Source of the DNA: Hyphochytrium catenoides | Taxonomy: Eukaryota > Protista > Hyphochytriomycota | Direction of reading: 5' to 3' | Length of the DNA stretch: 64,000 bases | NCBI GenBank assembly: GCA_900088475.1 | Contig: FLMG01002472.1 | Coordinates: 1-64,000, forward strand | Part shown: positions 20,621 through 33,800 of the stretch, piece by piece | Layout: every line of letters starts with the position of its first letter | How positions within the stretch are numbered: the stretch's first letter is position 1 | The notes under the pieces: model-generated | What the model saw: only the letters and a program-made list of their open reading frames with translations | Database searches by the model: none | Told to the model about the DNA's origin: nothing | Translations under genes and position numbers: made by a program

Positions 20621-22685
20621 ATGCAGTACCCTAAAAGCCCAGGCACACAGGGACCTCGCTTTGGCCAGTCAAGGTCGAAGCGCGAAGTTTTCAAAACCAA
20701 TCCTCTACCCGTGAGTAGAGACAACTGTTAGCCGTGAAATATGGTAGACTAGTTAGTTTTCTAAGGCTTTCCTGTCAACTCTTGAAGAGTCCAGCCCAGT
20801 ATACGACTGGCCCTACCAATGGTAACGGAAGAGCCATAACCTCCCCATTTGCATCCCGTACCCAGAGATCGAAGGTAAGAGAAGTGGTCAGTCAGTGTGA
20901 GATAAAATGGGCAGAAACTCAGTTCTCTACTGCATTGTAGTTAGAAGAGAACTCCGACGCCACCCCTGGTCCAGGATCCTATCATGGAGATACGAATACG
21001 AGCCTCGCCGCGAACGCCAAAGGTAGCGGAAGATATGTTCTAGCGAGTGGCATCGATGCTAAAGCGCGGCCACGCAGCCATCAGTGCAGTCAGTGCAGTT
21101 GGCTTTGGTCGGAAGAGCCCTCGGGAAGGGTGGTATAACTCTATCGAGGCTCCCTTTAGCACGCCCACTGCCATGATAACTCCGGGACCAGGGAGCTATA
21201 ACCAGCAGAAGCAAGGTAGCATACAACTACTCGTTCCTGCCCCTTTGGGTCTTCGTTTCTCGATCCTGTTTCCATCCTACAATTCCCGTAGACTTCTTTT
21301 AATCCTTGCACCCCTTGAACTGCTCTATCTTTCGTATGCTCGCTTCTAAGTTTGCGGAAACACCACTTGATGACATTTTTCTGTAAGAATTCCTTGTAAT
21401 CGAGAGCAAACTAAAAGATGAGGAGAGTCACCCAGCCGCCTTTCTGAGTAGTTCAGCACGGACCTGCTTCAATGTGAGGAGTCAAGAATCAACGCCAGTA
21501 AGTTCTTTCAATACTGTTATGTCATTGCTCAGCCACTAACCTGCAAATGCCTGACAGGGTCCGGGAAGCTACTCAGTGCTAAAAGAAGATGTAAGACCGC
21601 CAGGTGTTCAGAATGATGCCCGCGGGTTCATAGGGTACGCTGGGGAGGTTTTGCATCCACGTGGGGTCTGCTGACGTGAGTGTGTTGGTCCTAATCACCG
21701 TTTCTCGCCAAAGATCGAGGCAAAACAGATTTGGGCACGATAGTTGGGCCACCTGCAAATCAGAAGCCCCTGGTCCCGGAGCATACTCGTTGGAGCCAGA
21801 CACAGACAGTCCGGCGTCCCGCGGTTTGCAGAAACGGCCTGGATTTCAGTCTTCACAGAGCAGATTTTCCTCCAACGTCCGTGAGACTTGTGACTCCCCC
21901 ACTCCAACCGCCACTCACAGAACTGCAGAGGAGGTGCAGCAGATGCAGCCTGTGGCATCAGCAGCCTTGAAAGCAGGGCACCAGCCACAATCGCCAGGTA
22001 AAACCCTTTAATCATATGGTATGGCCATCCAGCTGTCATCATCTGACATTTGCTTCCCGCCATATTACTTCAGCGAGCAGAGTTACGGAACTTATGGGAG
22101 CTGACGAAGGAAGGGAGGAGAGGTGCTCTTCATTAACAAAAAAATGCAGCGGAGGGTTTTGCACTTCCGCCGCGCGGTTTCAAGAGCAAATGTTTCTTGG
22201 AGAGAAGCTCTCGGATACGCCGGGACCCGGTACAGTGGTTGCTAAGCTATATGCACGAAGTCCATCTGATCTTAGGGTATTTATATGGCTGTCTCCCTTC
22301 ACTTTCAGGCTCCTACGGAACACTCTTGCGGAGATCTACAGTCCATCGAGGACGAGGTGCCAGTCAGGGCGCCCCCACTGTCCCACAATCAAGCTTGCAG
22401 GTGGCGAAGCTCCTGGCACCGAGAGTCTCTTCCAAGACATGTACTGGGGATGCCTCTGAACTTCTGACATCTCTGACACTTAAACCCCTTCCCAACCCTG
22501 CACCCTACAAGGTGCAGTCTTCGGCAAACCCACCTGGGCTAGAAGGCGATGATGTTGTTGCTCCTCAAGGCTCCAGTAAACCGGCCACTATTTCGGATAC
22601 GAGTGACCTTTGGAGGCTTAAGGAGAGCATAAGCATTAAAGGCGCGAGGGTAAGGACTGCTGTTGAAGAGATCAACCATGTTTAG
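20621..22685 (+). CDS. SHIPPO/PGP-repeat protein (STPG/ODF3-like, axonemal), multi-exon
   Basis: Repeated TPGPGSY / APGPGAY motifs at ~20961, ~21179, ~21494/21558 (split by an intron), ~21766 and ~22217/22309 (split by an intron). They are preceded by F.S...R(F) elements such as PFASRTQR, GFQSSQSRF and GFCTSAARF. Start and end are approximate. Confidence 0.8.
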
Positions 22686-23830
22686 TGGAACCGCGGGGAT
22701 AGGAATAGGGTAGGGCACCGCATACCTACCTCTGGCTTAGGTTTTGGCGTATACGGCCAACTGCCATGATTGGAAGAAATCTGTGTGTTCTCGATCACCC
22801 TGGAAAGGAGGCTACAAGAGACTGAGAATGACTCTTTCTTCAAGCTATTCAAGGAAATAGACGGCGGCCGCGGAAGATTGTCCTCACACAATGGTCGTGG
22901 CAAACTCCTCATGCCGAGGAGAGAGATCCTCTTCGCTACCCTGGGGTTTATCTTGAATTTGGTACCACGCCCAGGATTTGTTCACATAAGCTGGCTATCA
23001 AATGATGGCTCATTTAGGGCTCTAAACCATCAGCTCTCTCTTCCCCTCTCTCGGCCTTACTTTGCCAATCTTCCAACTAACGATAGTATAAGAAGCATTT
23101 TAGAGTTCATCTTTGGTTGTTATTTAGTGCGACAAAAAAAGATTGTTACTTGAGAGAGAAAGACTTAGCCTCATGCAGACTGTTGTCAAGAATCAGTACG
23201 GATAATGCTAGCACTCTCCTTGCTCTTATTAAAGCTCGAGCTGTTTCGGGGTGCCTCTAACCATTAATCCTCATGCTACGTACTGTAACAGCCTGAACTC
23301 TAATCAAATCGGGTTCCGACATAGCCGGTTAAAGAGGGATTGTTAGCGAATAAAGCATGGCCATCCATTTTGTGTCTACAATGTGAGCCACGACTTACGC
23401 AGTTGACCCTCAACTCCTACTGCGCAAGAAATTATCTTATTATGGCCATCCAACGCTCCCCCTACTATAGGCTGCCCACTAGACTCTGTAACAGAGACCG
23501 GCGGGCGAGGGCAAGGCGACTCTCTTAAAGTGCTGAATACCCCGGATTAGATGAAATTGAAGGCTCAAACATGAACCAGACGATTAACAACCAAAAGCGG
23601 CGTCATCTTCACTCTTCCTGCGCCTCAGCAACCTACTGTACTGCTATCGCCGCCTCAATCACTTCCAGGCGCGCGTTGTCGAACCCTCTGTGTTAGCATG
23701 TCAGCATCTACAAACTGATGAGTCGAAGGCCCACCGTCACTGTGCTGCGAGCTGCAGGCGTAACGTCGAAGTGCCTACTTACGTTTACGCAGTTTAGATT
23801 TCTTACCTCTCCACGGTTATCACAACAGAA

Positions 23831-23902
23831 GCTCTTGTAGCTCAGTGGTAGTAGCATTCGCTTAGTAAGCGAAAGGTCCTGGGTTCAATCCCCAGCAGGA
23901 CA
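23831..23902 (+). tRNA. tRNA-Thr(AGT), possibly pseudo
   Basis: GCTCTTG TA GCTCAGTGGTAGTAGC A TTCGC TT AGT AA GCGAA AGGTC CTGGG TTCAATC CCCAG CAGGACA. Anticodon and T stems are perfect and a T7 terminator lies at 23908-23914. The top two acceptor pairs are mismatched. Confidence 0.85.
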
Positions 23903-24804
23903 ACTTCTTTTTTTCCCGCTGAAACACTAAAGTGAAGGTCTTGGGAGTGCAGGGGCTGAGCAGGGAGTGTGGGGTGTGAGCTGGACCTACAGTACTGTAC
24001 TCCTTTAGACCCTCCTAGACCACTCTGATTTATAAGTCTAATTGCACTGTGTAAATAGTCCTACTTGTACTTGGACAACTTCAAATGTGAGGGAGCTGGG
24101 GAGCTGGACACTGGAGTAAGGAATCATAACTACAAGTACAAATATTAGAACTACTGTAGGAGTGTTGTACGTACTTGTACTTTGTAAAGTTGAGGAGCAG
24201 TGTGGATGGTCAATAGAATGGGTCCAAGACGGCACAAGCACACAAGACACGAGCAGCTCCTACACAGTATACAGAATTAGAGGCTGCGAATCAGGTATGA
24301 GTGAGGCTCAAATTCTGGATCTACTGGAGGTTCTTTCAGATTTTGCACAATTGTCGAAGTTGAAGGAGCGATGAGAGAGAAGAGGAAGGCTGGCCTGGCG
24401 AAAGGACATCTTCAAGAGAAGCAAAGCCTTTTCTCTACTTTACTGGCAAGATCAGAGGCACAGACGAAGGACGGAGGGTGCGCTATCGTCACCTCCTGGC
24501 GCCCATGCCCGTGCTTCTGGATGTTGAAGATCAAAGGCGAAGAAGAAGGGTAGAGAGAGTGATCATCACTTTCTGGCCCCTTCCTTGCCCATGCTTTCAG
24601 GGTGTATGACGAACTTGGCGCTTGCCGCTAGTTGGCGTCATTAAACGCGTTATAATAGCACTTACTTAGTTGGCGGGTTCTATCTCATAGCCGGAACGCC
24701 AACAATGACTCTCTTAACCTTTGGTCCTAGCGTCGCTAATTACAGGCCCAGTCGTCTTTGATTGCCACTGTTGAAGTTTGGGGCGTAGCACACTCTTTGC
24801 CACC

Positions 24805-27800
24805 ATGGTGCGGGTTCAGTATCTCTACACCTCTCTGCTCACACAATGCCTCCTGGTGTGGGCAGTCTCAAATGCCGCCGAAATGGTGACGCCAGCTGAC
24901 TTTGTTCATCTATCTTGCGATACTAGCCCTGACACTGTCGCGTCGCCTTCGAGCAGGTATATTGTCATAATACTTAAGAGGCTAACTCAGTTTCTGATGC
25001 TAACCCTTCCCTCCATCTGCCGCAACGTCAGAATCAATGTCCAAAGCAGCATGGTTATTGTTGAGCGGGATGGTCTACCTGTCTGCTACTTTGACGAAAG
25101 CTCTTTTATCACAGTGACGACGCACTTTGAAGATGCCACAGCGAGCTGCTCATTTGGTGGATCGGTACTAGTTAAGGAAGGCCCGGTACGCCAGCTGGGG
25201 CCGGTAACGCTAGTCAGCTCCGAAGGGAGAGGGGAGCTTGAGATCCGGCCAAGTTCCTCGAATCCCCTTGAAAGAGAGGTCGTCTTGAAAGGAGAGGGGC
25301 TAGAGGGCGGCGATGTGTTGGTTCTCTCTTTGCCAAATGATATCGGTTGGACATCTTTTGCCCTCTCAATAGACGAAGCCTCACAGACAGTAACACTATC
25401 GGTCAATCATCGGCACATCACTGCCACCCTAGGCTCTGGAGGTCTTGACATCTGCAAACAGTTGAGCGTGGGCACCGCGCCTGGAAGTAGTTTAGGGTTC
25501 CAAGGCTTTGGGCGAGACTTCTTTTATTTCCCTTCGCTTATGAGATACTCAGGGCAGACACAGCTGGCCTATACACATTCAGGCCCTGACGTTATCGCTG
25601 GCAATGCAGGGTATGCCTTCCAACTAGCTAGCAGGAGCCATGTCACGGCGGAAATATATTTAGGCCCTGAAGCCTCACTTCCAATCACCCTACAGGGCTG
25701 GGTGCGACCGCACAGTATTCAGATTGGGTCAAGTCAGCATATAATATCTTTGGAGGGACTGGGAACGCAGTCGTCGCACAGTATCCTGGCAGTAAGTGTT
25801 CTAGGTCTTTCAAACAACCAGGCTGCATTGGCGTTGGAGTACTGGACAGTCGGACGTGAAGAAGGTTTTACGTGGGCCTCACCTCCTCTAGACTTTCGCA
25901 GCTTAGAAGGTGTCTGGAGTCATCTGGCGGTAGTGTGTCACTCTAATCAAGTTCAGATCCTTGTTAACGGCACAGAAATGGGGCTTCTCAGGTTCCCTCT
26001 AGATAGTGCTCTGGCGTGCCCTCGTTGCGTGCTGCAACTAGGTGGGACAAGGGTCAGTACTCCAGGGCCCACCTTTTCATATCGAGGTTACGTTGGAGAA
26101 GTGGACGAGTTCCAGCTCTGGCAAGGTGCAGCAGGTCCTGAGGAAGTTAGGCGTTACATGAAGTTGAAGCCAACAGGAGTGGAAACCGGGCTCTTAGGAT
26201 ACTGGTCCTTCGATGAAGGGGAAGGTAGCGTGATAGCTAACAGAGTCTACCATCAAGAGGTTTCGAAAGACATGGGGGTTTATAATACAGAGGCTCGTGT
26301 GGCAGGCGTTTGGACATCTTCTACGGTCCCTCTAGCTCACCAGGAGACAATGATGGGTGATTGGGAAGTCCCTCTCAGGTTCGAGGGTGTCAGCCGTAGA
26401 TGCCGAAAATTGGAGGTAGTCTTAGAGTCAGTTCCAATTGTTGGCCTTCTTTACCTACATCACGATCGGCACAACGGAGAGTCAGACGCATATGATTTAG
26501 GTGTCGGCGACGCCTTTTCCCTTAACCACACCGTGCGCTTTAGAGCTTTGACGACGGATCTGACTAAGGAAGTCAAGACGGAGGTCCAGTACAGGGTGCG
26601 GTGCAAAGGTTCGGCGGGTCTTTCAAGGAATGTGGCATTCATAGGACTAAGTATCATTCCCTCCCCGTCAAGTCCTTTATTGACCCTGACGCCAGATGCT
26701 TCTATGGTTTTGCGCGGACTTAAAGTTGAAGATATTGATGAGTGGGAAGACAATGCCGGTCTAAGAGCTGCTATCTCTCTACAGAGTAATGAAGCATGGC
26801 CTACTTGCAACCTGTCTAGCCCTTTCGCCTCGATCGTGGTAGGGTCTGATGGTGATAGATGGCGCACAACACTTCCAATGGTGGCTGCAACCCTTTCTGG
26901 CAGAGCCTCTCAAGTCTCGCAGATGCTAGGAGAAGTCAAACTCCGTACTGGCGGCGGTGATGTCAAGCATGGGGAGGTAGCTCTCGCAGTCCATGATGGA
27001 CAGGGAGGATCAGCCTCTATGTCAATGGCTTTCGGTATCTCATTGACAATACCGCCGCCAGAAGTGCTGAGCGCCTGGCCACTGAGTGCACCGGTCGGTG
27101 GTGGTAACTTTGTCGTTGCTGAGGGACTGAACTTGGCGACAGGTAAATAGTTGCTGATTCCGCTCCGAGCGCCTTGTGGGGGACTAATTCTCAACGTTTC
27201 CTTTGTTTTCCGTCTATTGACAGGGCTAGTTTTCTGCAGCTTTGGCGGGCAGCGGCAACAAGGTGTTCTGATATCTCACTTCAAAGTGCGTTGCCGCATT
27301 CCTCCAGTGCTTAGACCAAGTGCCATCCCTTTCGTCGTAATCACACCGTCAGGACAGAGCCTACCACTGGCCTTTACCTACTATGAAGAGCCTCACGTTG
27401 ACACTGTTTCGCCATTGAGTGGTCCGCAACTGGGTGGAACCCGCATCTACATTAATGGAAACTTCTCTCAGGCACATAAAGCATGGTGTCGCTTTGGCTG
27501 GGAAAAGGTGAATCAGGTGGAGGCTGTAGCCATTTCTGAGAACCAGATGGAATGTATCAGCAGACACCAGTCAACCGCAGGAGATTTGCCTGTCTTCCTC
27601 TCGCTGAATGGTATCCACTTTCATCAGAGCTTTACCTTCAACTTCTATGAAACAGAGGTGGTATTAGCCGTCCAGCCGTGGCCTTCGGACTCAGATCACG
27701 ACATGCAGACAATGGTTGTCTTGGGTATGAATTTTAGGAATTTCAGCTCGCTGGGATGTCAATCTGGGCTCCAGCGTCTTAAAGCTACATTCATCTCTTC

Positions 27801-30800
27801 GAATATTGTTCACTGTTCCTTGCCGGTTGAAAAAAGCGTCAGGATAGCCCAAGGAACTCTCGCTGTGGCAAACAATGGGAGAGATTATGGCTCCGCGGCG
27901 CAGTACGAGTTTGCCTTAGTTCCTACTCTTAGCAGTAGCCTCCCTTCTGCCATTCAGGGCACACGTGAGCAAGATATACTCTTGCTGGGGCAGGGTTTCG
28001 CCCCAACGTCTGCTTTGCGTTGTCGTGAGGGTCGAGCGGTGACAAAGGGAGTCTATTTGTCCGCAGATAAAATGCGGTGCCGGCTTGGGAAGGCGATACC
28101 AGGAGAGGAGCGTGCGATCTCGGTTTCCCTCGATGGCTCTGCTTATAGTTCTCCTCTTTATATACCGGCAGTGCCCGACCCCGTTGTCCTCTCAATTCTT
28201 CCCCCTCATCTGCAATCATCTGGAGGGGATCTTATTACCATTTTCGGAAGGTATTTGGGTCAAGGCTCGAGTCTGATCACAAGGATTGTCTGTCGCAGTA
28301 ACTCCACTATGACCACTGTCGCCGCGAGGGTGATCAGTGATGGGGTGGCCACATTTGATTTGCCCAAGCTTCTCCCGGGTGTCTACCGTCTTCAATTAAG
28401 CTTTGATGGTCAGCAGTTCTCACCTCTGTCTGATGAAGGAATAACCATTTTATCCGATAGGCTTGCTGTGGCTGGCATTGACGGGCTTGAAGGCCCAGAA
28501 AGCGGGGGCACCAGGATCTTGATGACTCTTTCGCAGCCCTTAACCCATGGAGGTGCTCTTTCATGCATCTTTGGAACCTTGAGGGTCAAGGCATCCCTCA
28601 CTGACCCACAGACAGCAACCTGTCTCTCGCCTCCAATGGTAGACGATGAGCCAGCTGTCCGAATGGCACTCACCTTCAACAACATGGAGCTACCTGGAAA
28701 AGAGGTTCATTTTCAATATTTCCCAAACCCTCAAGTTCTATCTGCGGAGCCCACTTTTGTCCTGACTGGCTTAGCCGCTACGATCATTACTGTTGGAAAC
28801 CATTTCCACAAAGGCGAGAGGCTTGCGTGTCGTGTAAAAGGGTGGGAAGAAAGGACCTTGAAGTTGGATTACCTATCTCAATCTGTGTCTGCCTGCCACA
28901 TACCGCCCGAGATCACCGCCAGCCAAGAGGGGGCGTTAGAACTGGAGTTCTCCTTTAATGGAGTGCAGTGGTGGACTCTGCCGACGCTGGTGCAGATCCT
29001 CCCTTTGCCTGAAGTAGTGAGTATTCGGCCGACCTCAGGCATAGAGACAGGTTCAACTCATGTCTACGTTCAAGGCTCAGGCTTCCGAATGGAGATGGGG
29101 TTAGAGTGTCAGTACGGTGACTCGAGGATAACGGCGGAGCTCATTTCCGGCCGTCAGCTGTTGTGTCGATCCCCTCCCAGAGGGAATGAGGGCGAAGTGC
29201 CTCTTTCGCTGGTGGTGCCAAACCAATATACGGTGAAAACTGATATTCACTTTACCTACTTTTCCCCCCCAAACTGCAACAGCATATCCCCCATCATGGG
29301 GAGTGTGGGTGTGTCTCACTTAGTAAGAGTCCATTGTGAATTAAAACATCCTTTGGAAAGTATGTACTTCAGCTTTGGAGACCATAAGAAACGATGCGAA
29401 CACAAGGACGGCGGGCTCTATTTATGCGAGATAGGGCCATTGGTAGCTCCGGGCTCGCTGGACGTGTTTGCCAGCCTGAACGAGGTTGATTTCACAGCCA
29501 CAGGGCTGAAGTTCAAGGTCCATCCGCCCCCCACCATAAAAAGCGTGAGGCCGGCTTACTGGAGCGGTAGCAGCCAGCAGGCCATTCATCTGACCGGAGC
29601 TCACTTTGAACAAAATGCTGCCGCGAAGTGCCGGTTTTCTGCTCCAGGAATGGAAACTATCATCACCTCTGCGACAATTCACTCTCCAGTGTCTGTCACT
29701 TGTCAAGCACCTATTCTTAGCTCTTTCCAGTCAACCACAATAGTCCGTGTGCAATTCTCCTCCAACGGGGAAGAGTTCAGCTTCAGCATGGGCCATCTCA
29801 CGGTATTGGGGGGAGCGGAAGGAACACAAGTTCACCCTCCAATTGGAAGCCCCGAGATGAGGGTACCCATCGTCTTCTATTCCTCACTATTTCTAACCAT
29901 GTCAGGCAAGGCGAAGGCGGGATGTGTGTTCAATGGTACGACTTTGTCGCCGGCGAAGGTCAGATCCGGAGGCTGGGTATCCTGCGCTCCCCTCAATTTA
30001 ACGGTAGGGGAAGCTACAGTTTCGTTCGTGGTTGGAAACGCCTCACAAAGAGTCGGCCAGTTCAAGTACCTGGTGCTTGATGATCCTGTGATCGAGAATT
30101 CACATCCTCCTGTCATTATTGCCGGCAAGTCCACTGAGGTGGTACTGACGGGGACAAATTTCCACAATTCTGGCGGTGGCTCTTGTAAGGTCGGCAACTT
30201 AGAGGCGCCGGTTGTGACGCGTATAAATGCAACGGCTCTGGTATGTCATGTGCCTCCGTTGTTTCCCGGGAAGCACCCGCTGGGCCTCAGCATACACCTG
30301 CCCCACTTTATAAGAGCCCCTATTGACCTCACGGTTGTTCCGCAGCCGACAATCCGGCACATCTCCGCCATGTGGGGTTTCTTTGGCACCAGTAACTCCT
30401 TAGTACTCGAAGGGCGGAATTATCTGGAAAATCGAACATTCTGCAGGTTCACAGCCGATGGCAGTACTGAAAGCGTGATTGTGTCTGCCATAGGAGATTC
30501 GCGTACCATCTCTTGCACAGTGCCGGAAATGAAAAGTGCTAGAGGGCTTCTCAAAGTAGAACTGACCCTCAACCATTACGATTACCTTCTAGTTGGCTTC
30601 TACGAACTGTTGGAACCGCCACAACTGCTCTCCATTTCTCCTTTGATGGGCTCGGAGGAGGGTGGGACTACCGTAACAATCACTGGAGGACCATTTCCCA
30701 ATAGGCCTCTGAAGTGCGGCTTCGGTGATTACGCTACTAACCTTCAAGTGGCGGAGTGGGTGAGCAACGAGCAAATCCGTTGCGTGAGCCCTCCAGCATC

Positions 30801-33800
30801 TCCTGGAGTGGTCCGTCTCTACATAACTTCAGATGGTTTATCGTTCAGTCACGGCAGGCAGAACTTTACCTATCACAGCCAAATTTTCTTGACATCTCTG
30901 AAGCCCGTGCACCTGCCAATCACTCGTTCCGCTGGGATATCAGTGTATGGAACTGGATTTCAAAACACTTCAGATTTAGCTTGCTTGTTTGGTACTAATA
31001 TCACACCAGCTAAATTCCACAGCTTGTCGCACATCACCTGTTACCCGCAGCAATCTTTTGAAGACCTTGCCATGGACCAAATAGAGATAGCGGTCTCACT
31101 AAATGGGGTGGACTTCTCAAAGTCCTCAGTTCCATTTCCTGTTGAGCGTCCAATCTCTGCAAGAGCGTTACCCTATGCCGGGCCATCCTCTGGAGGGACC
31201 AAGGTCGTGATTACTTCCATTGAGGAAAAGCATAACAGAACAGCCTTCGGGTGCACGTTTCAAGATCGCTTCGTTCTGGGTGTGTGGGAGCCTAACGGAC
31301 TCAGCTGCACAACACCTCCAGGGATTGGGACTATTAAAGTGACTATATCGTCAGAGGAGACGACGCTATATAAGCCGCAGATATTGGAATTTCACTATTA
31401 CGGTGAGAAAGGGGTTTTAGTTTGATTCAGAAGCATCGTGAGGCTGATGTACGTTTCTCCTAGATGACATTATTGTTAGCACTATCTTCCCAACGCAGGG
31501 ACCGGATGTTGGGAATACCAGAGTGTTACTGCTAGGTATATTTCCTAGCCACGAGACTCTGTCCTGCAGGTTCGGTGATGTATTAGTGGAGGCGTTTTGG
31601 CACCACAAAGGCGCTGTTGAATGCATATCTCCTCCCGGAAAACCAGGACCGTCTACAGTGCAGGTGACTGGAAATGGCAGAGACTTCTCCCAACCCCTAA
31701 GATTCCACTATACAGGTAAGTGCACCAGCTACTTATCAGTTATATGTTGTCTCTAACCTCTGCCGATAGGTGTCTTGACCGTCACGGCGATCCACCCGTA
31801 CGTGGGAGTGACAAATGGGAACTCTGAAGTCGTTCTGTACGGAACGGGGTTCACTAACGACTCTAGATGCGTTTTTGGGGAGATGCATGGTAGAGTTCTT
31901 CACTTCAGTGATACCAGTCTTCGCTGCTTCTCTCCACCTCAAGCACCTGGGACCTACCCCATCGGTGTGGTCACCGGCAAAGAGCTCGTCATGTCACGAG
32001 ACCTATGGTATACATACCGAGCCCTACCAGAAGTGGGAGCGCTACGGCCGAACTCTGGACTTTCACGAGGGGGGACACTGGTTGAGTTGGACGTCATCTC
32101 CAACCTCCCACCAAGTGGCTTGTGGTGCAAGTTCGGTAGCCTGGCCCCTTCTATGGCTATCATCGACACAAACAATAGGGTCTTTTGCCAGACTCCAGAC
32201 ATTAACTCTTCCAGCAGCTCAGAGCTTGCTATGGTGCAAATCTCTGTGAATGGCTACGACTTCTTCAGCGTCGGGTTATCATTTCTGTACTATCGCGACT
32301 TTGAAATGTCTAAAGTGGTTCCTGACACTGCCAGCGAGTTGGGGGGGACAAGGATTAAAGTGTTTGGTGCATTTCCAAAAGGGAAACTCTACTGTTTATT
32401 TGAGGACAAGTTTGGGAATGTGAAAGCTGGTAGCGCATCTCCTTCTCCCACCTTCGTGATCTGTCGGACCCCTCCAGCCCCACCCGGAAAGTACCATCTC
32501 AGCATCGCCCCAAATGCCGTTGACCGGTCATCTACAAAGCTGACCTTTACCTACATTGAGGCGACGTGGGTTTCGAAGAGTTTGCCTGATACAGGGCCTG
32601 CAGAGGGGGGAACAACCGTCAGGGTACTTGGATCAGGAATCCGGAACACTACACGGCTGGCATGTCGGTTCGGAAAGGTCATTGTTCCTGCGAGATTTAT
32701 TGACCGCACCGCCGTCTCTTGCACGACTCCACCGTACACCGATAGCACACCTGCTTCCGTAACCCTTGATGTGAGTTTGAATGGCGTGGATTTCAGCATT
32801 GGAGGTGTGATGTACAAGTACGTAAGGCCCATGAGCCTGTTAGAGATTCAGCCAAGATTAGGACCAAGCAGAGGCAGTACCAACGTCACCATCAAGATTG
32901 ATGGAGCACAGGGCCGGGATAAGCTGCCCTGTTACTTTGGAGATCAGCATGTCATTTGTCACGTGATAGGCAGCGACCTTTTCTCCTGTTCATCTCCTCC
33001 GCATGACCCAGGAACAGTGGCGGTCAAACTCATACTTGAGAATCAAGAGATGTCGATACCGTCCAAGACCTTCCATTACTATTCCCCTGTGAGAGTCTCG
33101 AGTGCTATACCTCGTGTTGTACCCTCTGGTGGGCGGACGTGGCTGACAATATCAGGTGGTGGTTTTCTGCCGAGTCCTGACCTCTCGTGCATGGTAGGAG
33201 AAAAGAGAGCCCAATTCTCGTATTGGCTCTCTTCTACCGCGGTAGCCTGCTTTGTACCAGGTCATAGGCCGGGAAAATACCAAGTCAGGGTGTCGAACAA
33301 CGGTCAGGACTACAGTCAGGGAGCCCGATATGTCGTATACGAGGACCCTATAACCGTGACTGCGGTGACGCCATCTTCTTTACTGCTAACGGGCGGCATA
33401 GTGACAGTCAGGGGAAGTGGCTTCAATTCCTTTCAACATCTGGAGTGCCACATTGGAGGCATGGATCCCACCCCTGCTGTGTATCTAAACGCATCAGCCG
33501 TCAAGTGCTTTTGCCGCGGGAATGAAGCTGGTCAGTACGAGGTCGTGCTAATGGACGCGCTAAAAGGATGGGCCAGCAGCAAAACAACTCCTGTCCATCT
33601 CAAGTACCAGCCATTGCCTGTTGTCGACGATATAAACCCGTCGAGGGGAGGACTGAAAGGCTCCACAGTGATAACCCTCTCGGGGTCAGGTTTTGTCAAC
33701 TCTACGACTGCGATTTGCAGGTTCTGCTGGAACTCTAATGGACACTGTTCACCATCTGCCCAGTCACCAGCAGAATACGTGTCTTCCGAGATAGTACTTT

